NCBI GenBank assembly: GCA_030324005.1
Contig: JARDVH010000031.1
Span: forward strand, 40,349,203-40,413,202
Direction: 5' to 3'
DNA from: Negaprion brevirostris
Lineage: Eukaryota
Length of the DNA: 64,000 nucleotides
The notes below the pieces were generated by a model, which was not told where the DNA came from, did not search any database, and saw only the letters and a program-made list of their open reading frames with translations. Within the stretch, counting starts at the first letter, position 1; each line of letters opens with the position of its first letter. The position numbers and the translations under genes are program-made. This document shows, one piece after another, positions 25,236 to 38,900 of the stretch.

Positions 25236-28200
25236 GCGACTAAATCAATCCGCTCATCTGTCTGACCACAACTGGGCCTGGCCCAGCTTTTAATGAAATA
25301 TATATATATGTATATTTTAACAACGCCTTAGCAATGGGCGAAACAAAATCACTTGATCAGGATCGCTGGAGTCCTTCTGCTGGAGCCAAAGGAACAACCT
25401 CTCCAAATGCGGTTAAAACAGCGGCTGGAGAAGCAGGGGACTATTTTCCCTGTAAGCTAATTAATGTCTGTCACTCATTTCATAATCAGTAGTGCGGAGT
25501 CCATGATCTATGTCAAGAGCAAATATCTGTTAGCTTAGTGCAATAAAGCGGCAAGAAAACACCTTCGAGGTACGTCGGTGTTTTTATATTGTATATTCCC
25601 TTGTTTAGAGAAGAGCTTTTACAGACCATTGACTGACTCTATCCCATAAAAAAGAGTAAACGAGATGTTGTAAAACCAAGGGTTTGAGCTACTTTTTTTT
25701 TCAAATCCGGAATACAAGAACTTGCAGAGTTTCCTCCCCACTCTTCCAATGTTCTTCGGCTAATATTTTAACTTGTTTCAAATATCACCGCATTTGAAGT
25801 AAAGGCTTCGCCGCCCCTTTATAGTCTGTGCTCAGAAGCCACCATAAATGCTTTTATGTCTATCAATAAAATTTTTATGAGGTGCATTTGATTATACATT
25901 AATGTGTCTTTAATAAAACAGGCCTCTTTTGGCATAGTAAAGTATGCCTAACCAAAACTGGGCTCCAAAATGTTCCCACATAGGTGCAAGTACTTCAGCC
26001 TATAAATATATTTCTCTCTCATCGCCTGTTAACAGCGATTCAGTGTACCAGGGTGTACAAAAGAGAGGAGTGTACCGGCTGACTGGAACATCAACTCATC
26101 GGCCAGCCGTGTCTCAATGCCCTCACTAGTCAATACCATGAAGGTATTGCAGTGAGTCTGAGGGTAAAGATCGAGAAGTTTGAGTTGGTTCCGAGTTTTA
26201 AGAGATGCTACCCATTGAACAGCTGCAGAGAAACGGCGTGTTTCTTCAGATGACACACTCTGTGACCGTCCACCATGACACCAATCAGACAAAACCTCGT
26301 TTGTGATGAAAGGAATAAGTTTAGTTCTCCATTTAAACATTTCTACATTTAGGCATTTTTAGTTTGACTCTTTCTTTTTCACATTGAACTTTTTTTTTCT
26401 TTTGAACGGTGAATAACGGCGCAGTAATCTTGGCATTCACCATGACTAGGTTACAGTCATTGAGTGCACCTCACGGACCTTTCAGAATACACAACTTATT
26501 CAAAAATACTCCATTCTTATCGGCTCATTTTTCTTATTTATTGATGAGCAGATACTTTATTATTTGTCACCTCTGCAATATAAACGAGAAGGAAATCTGC
26601 TTAATATAGAGCGGCAAATGATCAAAATCTAAAGATCAGCAAAGCCAGAGGATAAGGCACGTCAGTGAGCGTTCAAATCGACTTTGCGGCAGTATGAACC
26701 GTCCTATGTTATTTATTACTGCCTCACCTAACGCGTTGAAGTCACTTTACTGAAATAACCTGTCATAATTAAAGGAATAATTTTAAATTCCATTTTGCCA
26801 AATGCAGTTCATCCCGATTTAAGATGATGCAAATAATAATCTCCCGGAATTTAGACAGCAGGCAACCCACACAGATTTAAGTGAGTGGTTTTCGCAAGAT
26901 GCCAGTTTTGGTTAAATTGAAAGAATAGGGGCACATTCCTTGCTGTTGTGCAATGCCATTTACAAATGGAAAATGCTCCTTCCTTCGCTATGAATTACGT
27001 TAAGGATAACGAATGAAATTTACGCTGCAGTTTGCGCTGATTCTTCTAGCTAAGCCAAAGAGCACATTCCCCTTTGCGATTATTTAAATAAAGCGTAAAT
27101 AAATTCAATTTCTGCAACTTTCAGGTTTATCATGTTTACTGCATTTCATATAAGGAAATGCCGCCGGAAAGCTCGTTCGTTGGCTGCCATTTTACACCAG
27201 TTCAAGTAATCCTTAGTTTTTTTTTTACAGAATTAAAAATGATTAAGATTAACTAACAATCGCTGCTCTCGTCCCTCAACACATTAACTTCGAGAACACG
27301 TTTGCAATTTAAACGTCGGATGAATAGTGTATTACTGCAAAGGATTATTTTCTTCGTGAATTCCCTGTAGTAATGCAGAAAAACAGTACTTTCGAATATT
27401 TTGAGCATTTACAAAATTATGCGAGGGAAATCATTATTTTGAATGCAATTATTATCAAAGATAAGTAACTAATATCATTCGGTAGTAACTTTAACCCGAT
27501 TAATTGATTTGGATTTAATTAATTTTCTCGTTTGTATATACAAAGACAGTTGTTAAAACGAATTGGGGAGATTGTATGCTTCTGTGGCTTATTCAAGACA
27601 AAATAATTTATATTTGGTATTCGTGGGATTGTAATTCGAAACAAATATTATGGTAAACAATCGCTGCAAGATTTGGGTTTTGCATTGTGGAAAAACAATC
27701 CTTTATTTCAAACTTGGACTTGATTGAGCTGATGGCTTGCGTTTAATTTGATTTCATTTTTCGATGTGTTTCCTCAATGAGCTTGCACATTCTGTCATTT
27801 TAAATCTTTCAGATCTATCCACCTGTGTAAAGTCTTGTAAACGCGCCGCCACGTTTTAATTTAACGACCATATAATGTTTGTGACACTAAGCTGTACTCG
27901 AAGGATTTTAGCAATTTTGATCCACAGTAAATGTCCAGTGTTTTGTCATTATCATATCCATATATTTTGTCTGCTCTTATTTAGGCTATTTCACATACTT
28001 AGGCGACAAAGACTAGCAGCTCGGTAAATTTCAAAAAATTGCAAATACAAAATGTCAATTTGCCTCTTGAAACGGTTTACGAATTGAAGTGAACCTTCTC
28101 CATTAAAAATAATGCATTCAACTAAGCCATTAACCAGCCGTTCTTTTGGGTCCACTCTATGCTTATGGCGCTATAAATAGATTTTGTTTGCATCTATTAA

Positions 28201-28804
28201 ACTTAGATTAAGGAATTCCACACTATTAATATCCCTGTAGAAATAATACGAAACTATGTGTAATTTGTCACCTTGTCTGCTAAAAATATTAAAGACTTCA
28301 TCATGTTACTAAAATTATTTCCCTTTTTTTATTGCCGCGAGTGACATTTACAAGATACAGCTGTGCATCCTAAAAGGGAGCACTGAATTCAGCCCTCACT
28401 GCAACCACATATTCTCAACGTTTCGTATGGATCATAACAACACGTGAGCTTAACAAACGCTATTTGCACTGACCATGTCAAAATAACTAGTCTTCGATGC
28501 TTGCTTCTGTTTATTAACGCCAAGGACGTAATGAGAACAGTAGTTTTGATATCCTGGTTAAGATCAAATCCAAATAAGTAAATAATCACGTACCGAACCG
28601 TGATTTTTTTTCGTTCATAAAGCAGAATTATTATTTCCTTACGTATTTCTACCGGACACCTTAACGTTTAAATTATAATTTCCAATTGTTAATTTAGATA
28701 TTTCCCACTGGTCGAAGACTTACGCTAATAAACTTAGCTTCCTACAGAGACAAGCAACATCTCCAAAGAGACAAAGCATAAATAAATATGTAACAAGAAG
28801 AGAA

Positions 28805-28925
28805 AATACTGGAAAAACTCAGCAGGTCAGACAGCATCCGTGGAGAAGGAAACAGATTGATTAACCTGAAGGTTTAACTGTTACTCTCTCCACAGAGGTT
28901 GCCTGGCATACAGAATATTTCCAGC
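28805..28925. mobile_element. Short inverted-repeat (hairpin) interspersed repeat of a type common in sharks
   Basis: Left arm CTGGAAAAACTCAGCAGGTCAGACAGCATCCGTGGAGA is imperfectly complementary to right arm TCTCCACAGAGGTTGCCTGGCATACAGAATATTTCCAG. Confidence 0.65.
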
Positions 28926-29757
28926 TGGTCGGTTGAATGTTACGGGGAACGTAATGTACTGAAGAATGAAGGAAGGAATTCGAATTTATCTCTACATTAC
29001 GTTATTTGATTTTCAATCTTTAAAGTAATGTGAGAAGTATTATGTTTGTTGTTGTTAAATCACCTTACTTGAACTGCCCATGAGTAACTTATCAATTTTG
29101 CCTACAGCCGTTGGCGAATGGTTCCCAGATTGAAGAAGTTGATATCTAATTTAGGATTTATCGTTTATATTTATATTTATATATTTATATTTATATATAT
29201 ATACGTGCAACAGACACATGCATATAAATAGACATGAAAATTTGCATCACGATGCATCACATACTCCAAAATGTACCTAAGAACTCCTTCTATAGATCTG
29301 ATTATTTTAACACTACTGTATATGGGCCACTGTTTAAGAGCATCTCTGTAATAAATTCAAATCGTACGTTTCTAATGCGATTGATCATGGTATTGCTACA
29401 TCTGATTTGCAATTGCTAAACAAATGGCATTTTTTTCTGAATGTAGTGGCTTTGTAAGAGGTGATGTTCTGGTGTACAGTACGCTTGCCCGAATAGCTGT
29501 AGCGTGTAAAATTACTGAAGACCTACTTCCTAAACAAAGTAAATAATTTGCCCCGCATTAGAAAGGACAATTTCTTAGAAAATATTCTTGTTAACGTAAA
29601 CTTGCTCATTTGTACTTTCAAACAACCATAACACTAAAATAGTCAAATTAGAATAGTAACAATATCCCAGAGTGGACAAACTGCAGGGTTCCAAGATCCC
29701 CACTAAACCGTCACAGTATCAAAGGTGCTGGATCACGGTGGAATCCGTATCCCCCGC

Positions 29758-30029
29758 TCATGAGAAAGTGAGGTTAGTGGTCAGTTCTCGAATTCGGGTT
29801 TCTCTGTTCATTTTCTTCAGCTTCATCCTACGATTTTGAAACCAGATCTTGACTTGCCTGTCGGTCAGATTCACGCTCTTACTTATCTCTAGACGGCGCT
29901 CACGAGTCAGATACATATTAAATAAAAACTCTTTCTCCAATTCCAGTGTTTGATATTTTGTATAAGGACACCTCTTCTTTCTTCCGCTCTTTGCTGTGAG
30001 CCAGTTGCTTACCGGGGTTTTCAGCTCTT
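29758..30029 (-). CDS. HOXD10: Hox-D10, coding exon 2 (homeodomain)
   Basis: Acceptor ctgatag|AA. Reads [74 protein letters not shown]...LTFS*. Spliced protein 336 aa. Confidence 0.95.
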
Positions 30030-31206
30030 CTATCAGAAGTAAGAAACGAGAGATGAGATTTTAGCAAATATGTCCCTACGACAACTGAACTTCAAATCAG
30101 TTTCACCCAGAGTAGTTATACGCAAAATTACCACTTCAAGTTATACACAGACCGCAGCGACACGCTCTTTACCTTTTATCAAATCGTCCAACAAATATAT
30201 ATACACATAAATTGATGCGATTTAAAGAGAAAATCGGTGAATAGATCAAGGGAGATAAAAATATGCTTTAGGAGATTGACAAATGATGTTACACCATATA
30301 CCATTTATTGTAATGCACATTTTGAGACAGGTTTCTTGGTGAATTGTAAAATATATGCCAGGCCGATTTAAGATGCACTGAAAACAGACAATTTGTTAAT
30401 ATTGGATGATTAGTAGGCACTGCCATTATTGTGAATGGAATCTAACGCTGTGGGTTGCAATAGGAGTTTCACCAATAGGTCGTTTTTCAACTTCATAACC
30501 TAAATTTACAGATTGTGAAATCCTGACAATATAAACGTATGTGGCCATGATAATAATTCCGGAGCTAAATCTTAGGCTATTAAACATACTACCGCTGCCT
30601 CTTATCGAGCAGGTTAATTGGAATTTATGTGCTAGTATGTACTATATGTGCCGGTAGTATTTCACATTCTTCGAATGAAACTTTTATCTTTGGTTATAAT
30701 ATATCTTATATATCTAACAAACTGTTCAAGGAAAAGCTACAATTCTTCTATAGACCAAGACTTTCTCACTCACTATCTCCAAGACAACAAATGATGCAAA
30801 TAACGCTTTTATTTCACGATATCCGAGCCTGTGGCGTGCTGCTAAATTTATACGCAGTTGCTTTTAATATGCTGCATGTCGTGTATGGCACCAAACGTTT
30901 CATACTGTATCTTAGGGCTCGCCAACGCTAAGATGAAACTATCACTATTATACTGACATCTGTAAATGATTTGCTAGCCTTTTCTACGTCATTAACAATT
31001 TCATGGAATTGTTCGGCACATTTTCCAACAACTCGCTGTAATAAAAGGAAATCGTCCTTTTATTCAAACTTATGCAGACTTGGCGATCAGGGACACACAG
31101 AACTTGCCAAACATATTACCATGGTAAAGTTATGTAGTGGTTATGCAAGTTTTTGTATCCGCTTTACGACGCTGCCACGTTCATATTAAATCTTTTAAAT
31201 GCTCAC

Positions 31207-31945
31207 CTTTAGTCTCATTGTCCGATTGTTCCGAGCTAGATTCGGCTTCCTCAGCGGTTGCACTGACCTCCACTAACCTCGGTTTTGGCTCTGGAGTTTC
31301 CACATATATTCCTTTAATGGGCTCCTGTGCGCTTGGCTTCTCGTTTATTTTCCTCTCCATTGAAGGCTGGCTTGATACCTGGAGTTTGCTGATAAGCCCT
31401 AGGCTTGACTGCGGCATTATATTGGCGCTAATTTCCCCAGCGTGATTGTAGTCCAGGCTTTTCTCCAATGGGTAAGCCTGACAGAGTCTGAAATATCCCG
31501 GGATGGGAATCTCAGGACTTTCAATGGAACAGCTTTCCGAGACCAACCTGGGATAGGCGGGAATTGCGGTAGGAGTGAGTTTTGCCCGTTTATCAGAATT
31601 ATACATGCAGCAAGTGTTTTCTTCCTTTATGCTAGCAGGAAAGGAGCACGTGGGCATCTGTGGAGTAACAGGTTGTTCAATTCGGCATGGTCTCGAAGGG
31701 TCAGCCCAGCCATCCACCTGAGATAAATACGGATGAACGCTGATGCTCATATTTTGATGGCTAACCTCTCCTCGTTTAGTCATGGTCGGGAGCAGTCCAC
31801 AGGTCTGCATTCCGTAAGTTCCCATATCCGTGCTCGATGGCATGTACATGGAGCTGGTTGAATAGAACCCGTCACCCCTACAAGCACTAATCAGGGAATC
31901 TACTAAAAACGAGTTAGTGGCCGGAGAGCTGCTGGGACAGGACAT
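31207..31945 (-). CDS. HOXD10: Homeobox protein Hox-D10, coding exon 1
   Basis: [23 protein letters not shown], with the PG10 IPGYFRL motif. Donor G|GTGAGC at 31206; 739 nt. Confidence 0.95.
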
Positions 31946-34900
31946 TTTGGAGAGTAATTTGAAGAAGGCAGATGATGTCCTTTGTAAGCTGACATCTCTA
32001 ACAAAACATTCCCTGTGTAATTGTGGATGCCTCTGTACAAACGCATGACTACTGAGCCAATGGAATTTGAAAATGGCCTTGAAGCACTACCTCCCCGCAC
32101 ATCACATGATCCACAGTCGGTTGAATTTGAGCTTAACTGTGGACAACAGCGACACCTACAACTGCAATTCCAAAGTGGCGCCCGCTCCAGCTCATCCTGA
32201 TCTCCACAGAGAGGCCGGCTCAAAGCTCACACTTATCCATACTACAGACCGTATCATCTTATCCCAGCTATCAGTCAGAAAATAATTAGCATTCTGTTTG
32301 TAAAACATAACCTTCTGTTTGTTTGATAAAACACAAAATAAATGAATCGAATAGGAATTAAAGAAAATCGCTGCAATTCCCGAGCACAGGGAAGTAAAAA
32401 CGGAGTTATTGATGGATAATGTCGGCAAAATGAAATGAGTGCAGTGCAGGTTTATGGTCTGAATGTCTTTATAGTTTCAGGGAGTCCGGAGCAGCCGGGG
32501 CATTTCATTGTGTACATTCTACACATTATGCATTTTATTTTGCTATAAGCCAAACATTTTGTAAAATCAACGAATGGCATGAAAATATTGCAGACTTATC
32601 AGCATTCATTTGATACGTTCTTGCTGTTATTGTGTGGATGTACACTCTCTTCAGCTGCAAGTATGCCAAAGTATTTTAATGCATAATAAAACCAATCTTC
32701 GTGAGTAAAATTGAGCCGCCAGAAGAGTGTTCAAATTTGAATAATTGTAGGTTTCCTCCCACTTTGTCCTTTCCATTACTGTAGTTGGAATAAATAATAA
32801 TGTCGTTTTATCCGAATATTTGCACAGACACCCTCCGCGGCTCAGACCGTGCGTGAGAAAAAGACGCATTTTGCAATTCTTGCCATTATTTTGTGTTTCT
32901 TTTTAATTTAACAACTATTATTCGAGTTCAAAGTGGATTATCCTATCCCAAAAATTCCAGTTTAACTTTGGAATTCTCACACATCTCCCTGCTGCAGGTG
33001 GGAGGCTCCGCTGTTGATCATCAATAGAACCACTCCACAAAATAGGCCGGAAATGCATCCGCACTCCATAGCCGATAAACAAGGGAAAAGACACAAAGCT
33101 AGTGTGTCTGCTTTCCACTGCACAGCCCGCGCCGCTTGTTCGCGGGATTCAGCTGGGTTGGTGGATTTTTTTTTGTGATGCCTCCATTCGCAGTCAATCT
33201 TTGGAACTTTCTACATGGAGAAAATGTGCCACTTAACAGCACTTGCCCATGTCCGGTCACAGGGCGAACCCTCGAGGGTTCAACAAAATCCAAAGAACGA
33301 TAGGCACCAGCTATGGAGGAGCAAAGTGACATTCACACAAAGGCATCGAGATTTTCCACTTCGCAAGACGGGGACAGTGTCAGGGTCAAGGCTGCCATGA
33401 TGTCCTCATTTTTCTATTTATTTGGAAATGCAATGATCATCTTCAGAGTGTTTTCGGATTGTGTGAATTTTGGTATTGTACTAAACGTCTAAAATTCTAC
33501 AAATATTGAAAAGAGGCGAAACATTAGAGCAGCTCTAAATACTTGCGTGTAAATTATTAAGAAATACAATTCTTTTCGCAGATAACTTGTTTATTATTAT
33601 GTTTATTTTCACATCACTGTTTCTGATTTGATAGAGTTGGTGGTCCAAATCTTTACAGTCTGCTCCAAGTTGTCCCTGCGTTTTAATATTTGCATTTGAT
33701 TCGTGCTTATAGTGATTCGAATCCAGAACATAACTTCGATGCTGTGTAGCCTATCTCTGCCAGTCCAGTAAGTATGTGTTAGGCAATACGCACATCTGGA
33801 TCCTAGAGGTTTATATTTCTATAAAATGTATCACAATTCTGTCCTTAACATCCAACCCCAATTTAGCAAAGGGCTTACAAAAGGCGCTGGAATTTGTTTC
33901 TTAAACTATGTCCTTTTGGTGTGAAGTCACTTCTCCAAGTCTTAAAACGCTCTGAAAGACGAGCAATATGACATGGCAAATAATGCACCCAATTGAGAAC
34001 ATCATACATTATTGATAAAGTTCAAATTAATTTATTCGGCGTCTTGTCTAAATTAAAAATGGGAATAGATGTGCTTTAATATAAAACTAGTCTTCCAGGC
34101 AAGAGCAAAACTAACAGTTCAAAGACAAAAGATTGCTTTATTCGGGCGCTTGGAAAATCATGGACGTATTTACGTGCAACATGAGTGAATATGTGCAAAA
34201 CATAGAAATAAGATTGATGCCTCCTGACTTCTTTATTATTTCCTCCGTCAAATTTCTACAACAGCCGAAAAGCTCAATGCTCACACTGCCTAACTCTGAG
34301 CGCAATTAATATCCTGGTAAAATAAAATACAAATCGCCACCACTGTTTTACTAGTGACACTGGATACTATTCATTAAGCACACTAGGTAGCACGACTATA
34401 TGTGGAAATTTATCTGAAATAATACAATATACCGACCTCAGTGGTTTGTTTATATGAAACAGTGAATTGTTGAACGGGAGCCAACAATATACTGCCAGCC
34501 TACAACGCTTCGCCACATTATAATCAATATTCAAATCCATGGCAAACAGAGCCAAAACGACGGTGACTTTTCTTGCAAGCGATCAAAAGCAAAAAAGCTA
34601 GCGGCTGTGACTTCGGTAGTACGGCAAGAACCAATGCCGCTCTGTTTTTTCAGACCACAGATACTTGCAGCCTTGAACGAGAGAATTCCCTGTGCCGTGA
34701 GGCCTGCACAGTACAAAACTGCTATTTATATACAAATTGCTATCCCAAAGTTAAATAATCCTCAAAAGACGAAATGCCTAGATGTTGGAATAGGCAATGC
34801 TTAGCTCAAACGTGTTTTTATCAAGAAGAATTTGTTTTTCACTCAACACGAGACAATTCGTTGCTCAGTAGCCGTGACTTACGCCGCCATTTATTAGTCA

Positions 34901-35243
34901 CAGTGAATGCGGTAGGATAAAGAAAAACAGCATTAGTTACCGGAATATTACAAAGGAAAACATTACCGCAGTGTACCGCAGTGTATTTACACTTATGCAT
35001 ATATTTATCGGGTATAAGTTGCTATGCAGGAAATTTGTTACATTTAAAAAGCCACTTTAATATTTCTACATACATTTATTACCTACTTACGAACTAGCAT
35101 AGTGTTGATTGTTTCGAGATTTTTTTTTACAACACAATGATAGAGGGTTATCGTATTAAGTTTACACTGTACCAGTCGCATGCCAAGTAAACAAAACAAT
35201 ATAATTGCACGAAGCGGTCCTCCATGATGTATCATAAATGTTC

Positions 35244-35942
35244 NNNNNNNNNNNNNNNNNNNNNNNNNNNNNNNNNNNNNNNNNNNNNNNNNNNNNNNNN
35301 NNNNNNNNNNNNNNNNNNNNNNNNNNNNNNNNNNNNNNNNNNNNNNNNNNNNNNNNNNNNNNNNNNNNNNNNNNNNNNNNNNNNNNNNNNNNNNNNNNNN
35401 NNNNNNNNNNNNNNNNNNNNNNNNNNNNNNNNNNNNNNNNNNNNNNNNNNNNNNNNNNNNNNNNNNNNNNNNNNNNNNNNNNNNNNNNNNNNNNNNNNNN
35501 NNNNNNNNNNNNNNNNNNNNNNNNNNNNNNNNNNNNNNNNNNNNNNNNNNNNNNNNNNNNNNNNNNNNNNNNNNNNNNNNNNNNNNNNNNNNNNNNNNNN
35601 NNNNNNNNNNNNNNNNNNNNNNNNNNNNNNNNNNNNNNNNNNNNNNNNNNNNNNNNNNNNNNNNNNNNNNNNNNNNNNNNNNNNNNNNNNNNNNNNNNNN
35701 NNNNNNNNNNNNNNNNNNNNNNNNNNNNNNNNNNNNNNNNNNNNNNNNNNNNNNNNNNNNNNNNNNNNNNNNNNNNNNNNNNNNNNNNNNNNNNNNNNNN
35801 NNNNNNNNNNNNNNNNNNNNNNNNNNNNNNNNNNNNNNNNNNNNNNNNNNNNNNNNNNNNNNNNNNNNNNNNNNNNNNNNNNNNNNNNNNNNNNNNNNNN
35901 NNNNNNNNNNNNNNNNNNNNNNNNNNNNNNNNNNNNNNNNNN
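35244..35942. other. Assembly gap (about 700 N) in the HoxD10-HoxD11 intergenic region
   Basis: Run of N; the track ORFs across it are artefacts. Confidence 0.98.
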
Positions 35943-38900
35943 GACCAAACAGATGGCTCCATGCTTTGATAAAGGCTCACATTTCTCCCTTTACACTTCC
36001 CACCGGCCTAAACTGACATGGTCTTGTGACCATGAAAGCTCAGCCACTTCTACCTTCACTTTCACCTTGAATTTTTCTGACCGTTTTGCCACGCTCCGAA
36101 CTCGAAATTAAAGGAGTAAACACGAAGCGTGTGCCACTAATTTCACCATCTTGTTTGCAGTCCATCAGACAAATGTAGAGAAGATTAAATGTTCCATAAA
36201 CGTGCACGCGAAGCTTCCGTCAGGCTAATTTTGCTTGCCACCACAGTTGCTGATAGCAAAACGTTGGCTCTATTGTTAGTGCCTGTAGATACTTCGGAAA
36301 TATGTGTGGTCACTGGGTATTTGAAGTTAAATTGCGACTGCAAGCCTAATGATAATGCACAGGGCTTTTATTATACCTGACTACAAAACGATCAGCAACA
36401 GAGTCCAACATAATTTCACTCCTTGTCACATTAAACAAGCTTTGGTGGTATTTGCTATGTAAATGTTTATCAATAAAGCAATTGCCCCTATCTGAATATC
36501 AGCCTTTCCATATTTTAAATTATACATTTCAGAATTCTGTATCATCATCTTATAAACAAGGAGATAGGAAAAATGTTTTCCTCCAAACTATTTTAAAACA
36601 AAATGATAAAAATTGAGCAAAATAAAAGTTCCTTACAGAACCGAATGGAAGATAGTTGAAAAGTATGAGCCAGCCAGCTTTGCTGCGAGGAAGAGAAAGA
36701 CGCTCGGGCACTTTAGCTCGTGTTCTAAAATCTTCATCAGCACGGATAGAAAACTTAAAATAACCTCCCCCCCCCCATTCATTTAATACTCGAGCCATTA
36801 ATGAGATTGGAGCGGATATTAGTGCCAATTACAGCAATAGGGCACTTTGGCAATTTAAAATTATCTTGCATATATGCGTTTATTCCGTTTTACAGCAAGA
36901 AATTAAAGGGTGTCTCTTTCTGTACGTTTAAATATTTCAAATTGCTCTTACTCTCGAAAAAGAGAGAGAAAATTCTGCACGTTAAGTCGGTCCAGCGGGC
37001 TGTCTCGCTGATTCCATTTAAATGGCTCGCCGAATATGACCATCAAATATTCCTCGTTTCCACACTGTGAGAGAATGGGGTAGTCATTAATTTTCCTCGC
37101 CGAAGTCAATACTCCGGTTTTCAGCATTCCCTTTTCACTTTTACAAAAGAGGGGAGGAATCCAAAACTCAACAACAGTGTGAACGGCTTTCCTTTGTCCA
37201 GTAAAAGCAGAAACGAATACTGTAGTTAACCATGTCATTATCGAGGTGAATTGTATAGCCGGAAGTATTTGGCTGTCCAGTACTATTCATTTCATAATCT
37301 TGTTAAGTTTGTACGGATTGCGGGGACACCGCGTGGGGAAAACGGTATTATGAAAGAACTGTTTCAGACATTGTGCTGCCATTTAAGCCGTGACTGCTTC
37401 GCCAGGATGTGAATAGAACTCTTTAGATTATTTCTCAACAGCGGCTGTTTGTTTTAACAATTTCCATCCTTTGTTACATTGTTTCGCATACTTTTCTTTT
37501 CAAATTCGCGGTAATCTGTTCCCTCAGTTTGCTCCATACATTCAGAACATTTTCTGGGGCTGTTACAAAAAATAGACCGGACCTGATATGACCTTCGTAT
37601 GTTAAAAATAAACCTTTGTTTCGACCCCAATACTTTATAACTTCGTTCAATCTGCACCCAACAAATCCGATCAACAAGCTTAAGTCAATATACCTAGTGA
37701 ATGTGAATCGAACTATCCAACTCATGAAATTGAAAGGTGACTTTTATTCATTCTTCACCTATTACGCCGAAAATGAAACGACTTAATTTTTAAAGAGTGT
37801 CAAAAACCAAATGAACCTGCAGTTACATTGAACTGGCTTGTATTTAATTCCACACTTCGGCATAATGTTCCAGATAAATGGCAGGAATAAGGAGAACTTT
37901 ATCGTTCGGAATACTTACATTATTTCGGGTTCTTTCATTTTCATCTCTGAAATACATTATCACAACATTGCAAGCCTGTCGCTTCGTGCTACAGTGCGCC
38001 GCCGTGTGGCTATTTGCAGAATTAACTATCCTGGCAATGACTATCACTGTAAACTAGCCTCGCTGTTTTGACACTTTTTAATGAGCCTAATCAAATTATA
38101 TATGTCATGGTCATTTAAGTAAGATATGCAAACAGTAAAGTCATACTTAGATCAGTATTGTATATTACAAGAATGCAGTGAATGCCCAGGTTTACATCGG
38201 AAATTCTATTGAGTCGTAAATTACATTTTCTCTCATTGCCATGGAAACCAACATACTCGTGGGCGATTGGTATAGTGTTTGGACGCATGATGAACATTTT
38301 TGACTGGTACGGTTTGCAAGAGAATAAGCAATATGGGGATATAGTGCTCCTATCTGTTCAGCATGGGAGAACAAAGGAGCCTTCGTACTTATTAATGCAA
38401 AAATACTTCGGGTGTATTGCTCAGTGTAACTTTTGGAAACGTACACACACTCAGTTAAAATAGAGATATATTAAGGAAATAGCATTTTCACATTCATTGT
38501 TTGTGGCCTTCAGCACGCGCACTTTAACAACACGTTATAGTTGTTGAAGTTTTTGTCGTAAGGAGGGAAGCTGCAAGAACAATCCAACAGCCACCAGGCG
38601 CCTATGCCTTCAAAAAGGTTAAAGGTGATGACCTTGACATTATAGAAGTTCAAAGACAACATTATAAGAATTCTCTTTTCAACATATACCCGAGCATGTT
38701 CACGAGGAGATGCGACGTTGTCAGTATCACCCTGATCTTCATTAGGTTTAACAAATTTGATTGATGTAACTTATGTGAGATGCAGATTTGTTTTTCAAAT
38801 GGTAGACTTTATCAGCCGAAACGTCCTTGTGTTCGTATTCCTGTTAAAAATCTGCTTACTTTGATTTGTTTCGATTCTTTTGTTTGGTATGTGGTGCAGG

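Noticed and set aside
25300-29700. mir-196 precursor between Hox9 and Hox10
   Set aside because: No TAGGTAGTT match seen. The 16148-16168 match is antisense to the Hox strand, lies in a 3'UTR and has no star arm, so it is a target site rather than a gene.
31137-31726. Plus-strand ORFs antisense to Hox exons (also at D8, D9, D11, D12 and D13)
   Set aside because: Shadow ORFs of coding sequence with no recognisable product.
35162-36111. Long ORFs of 238-295 aa, and others containing X
   Set aside because: Artefacts of N runs.
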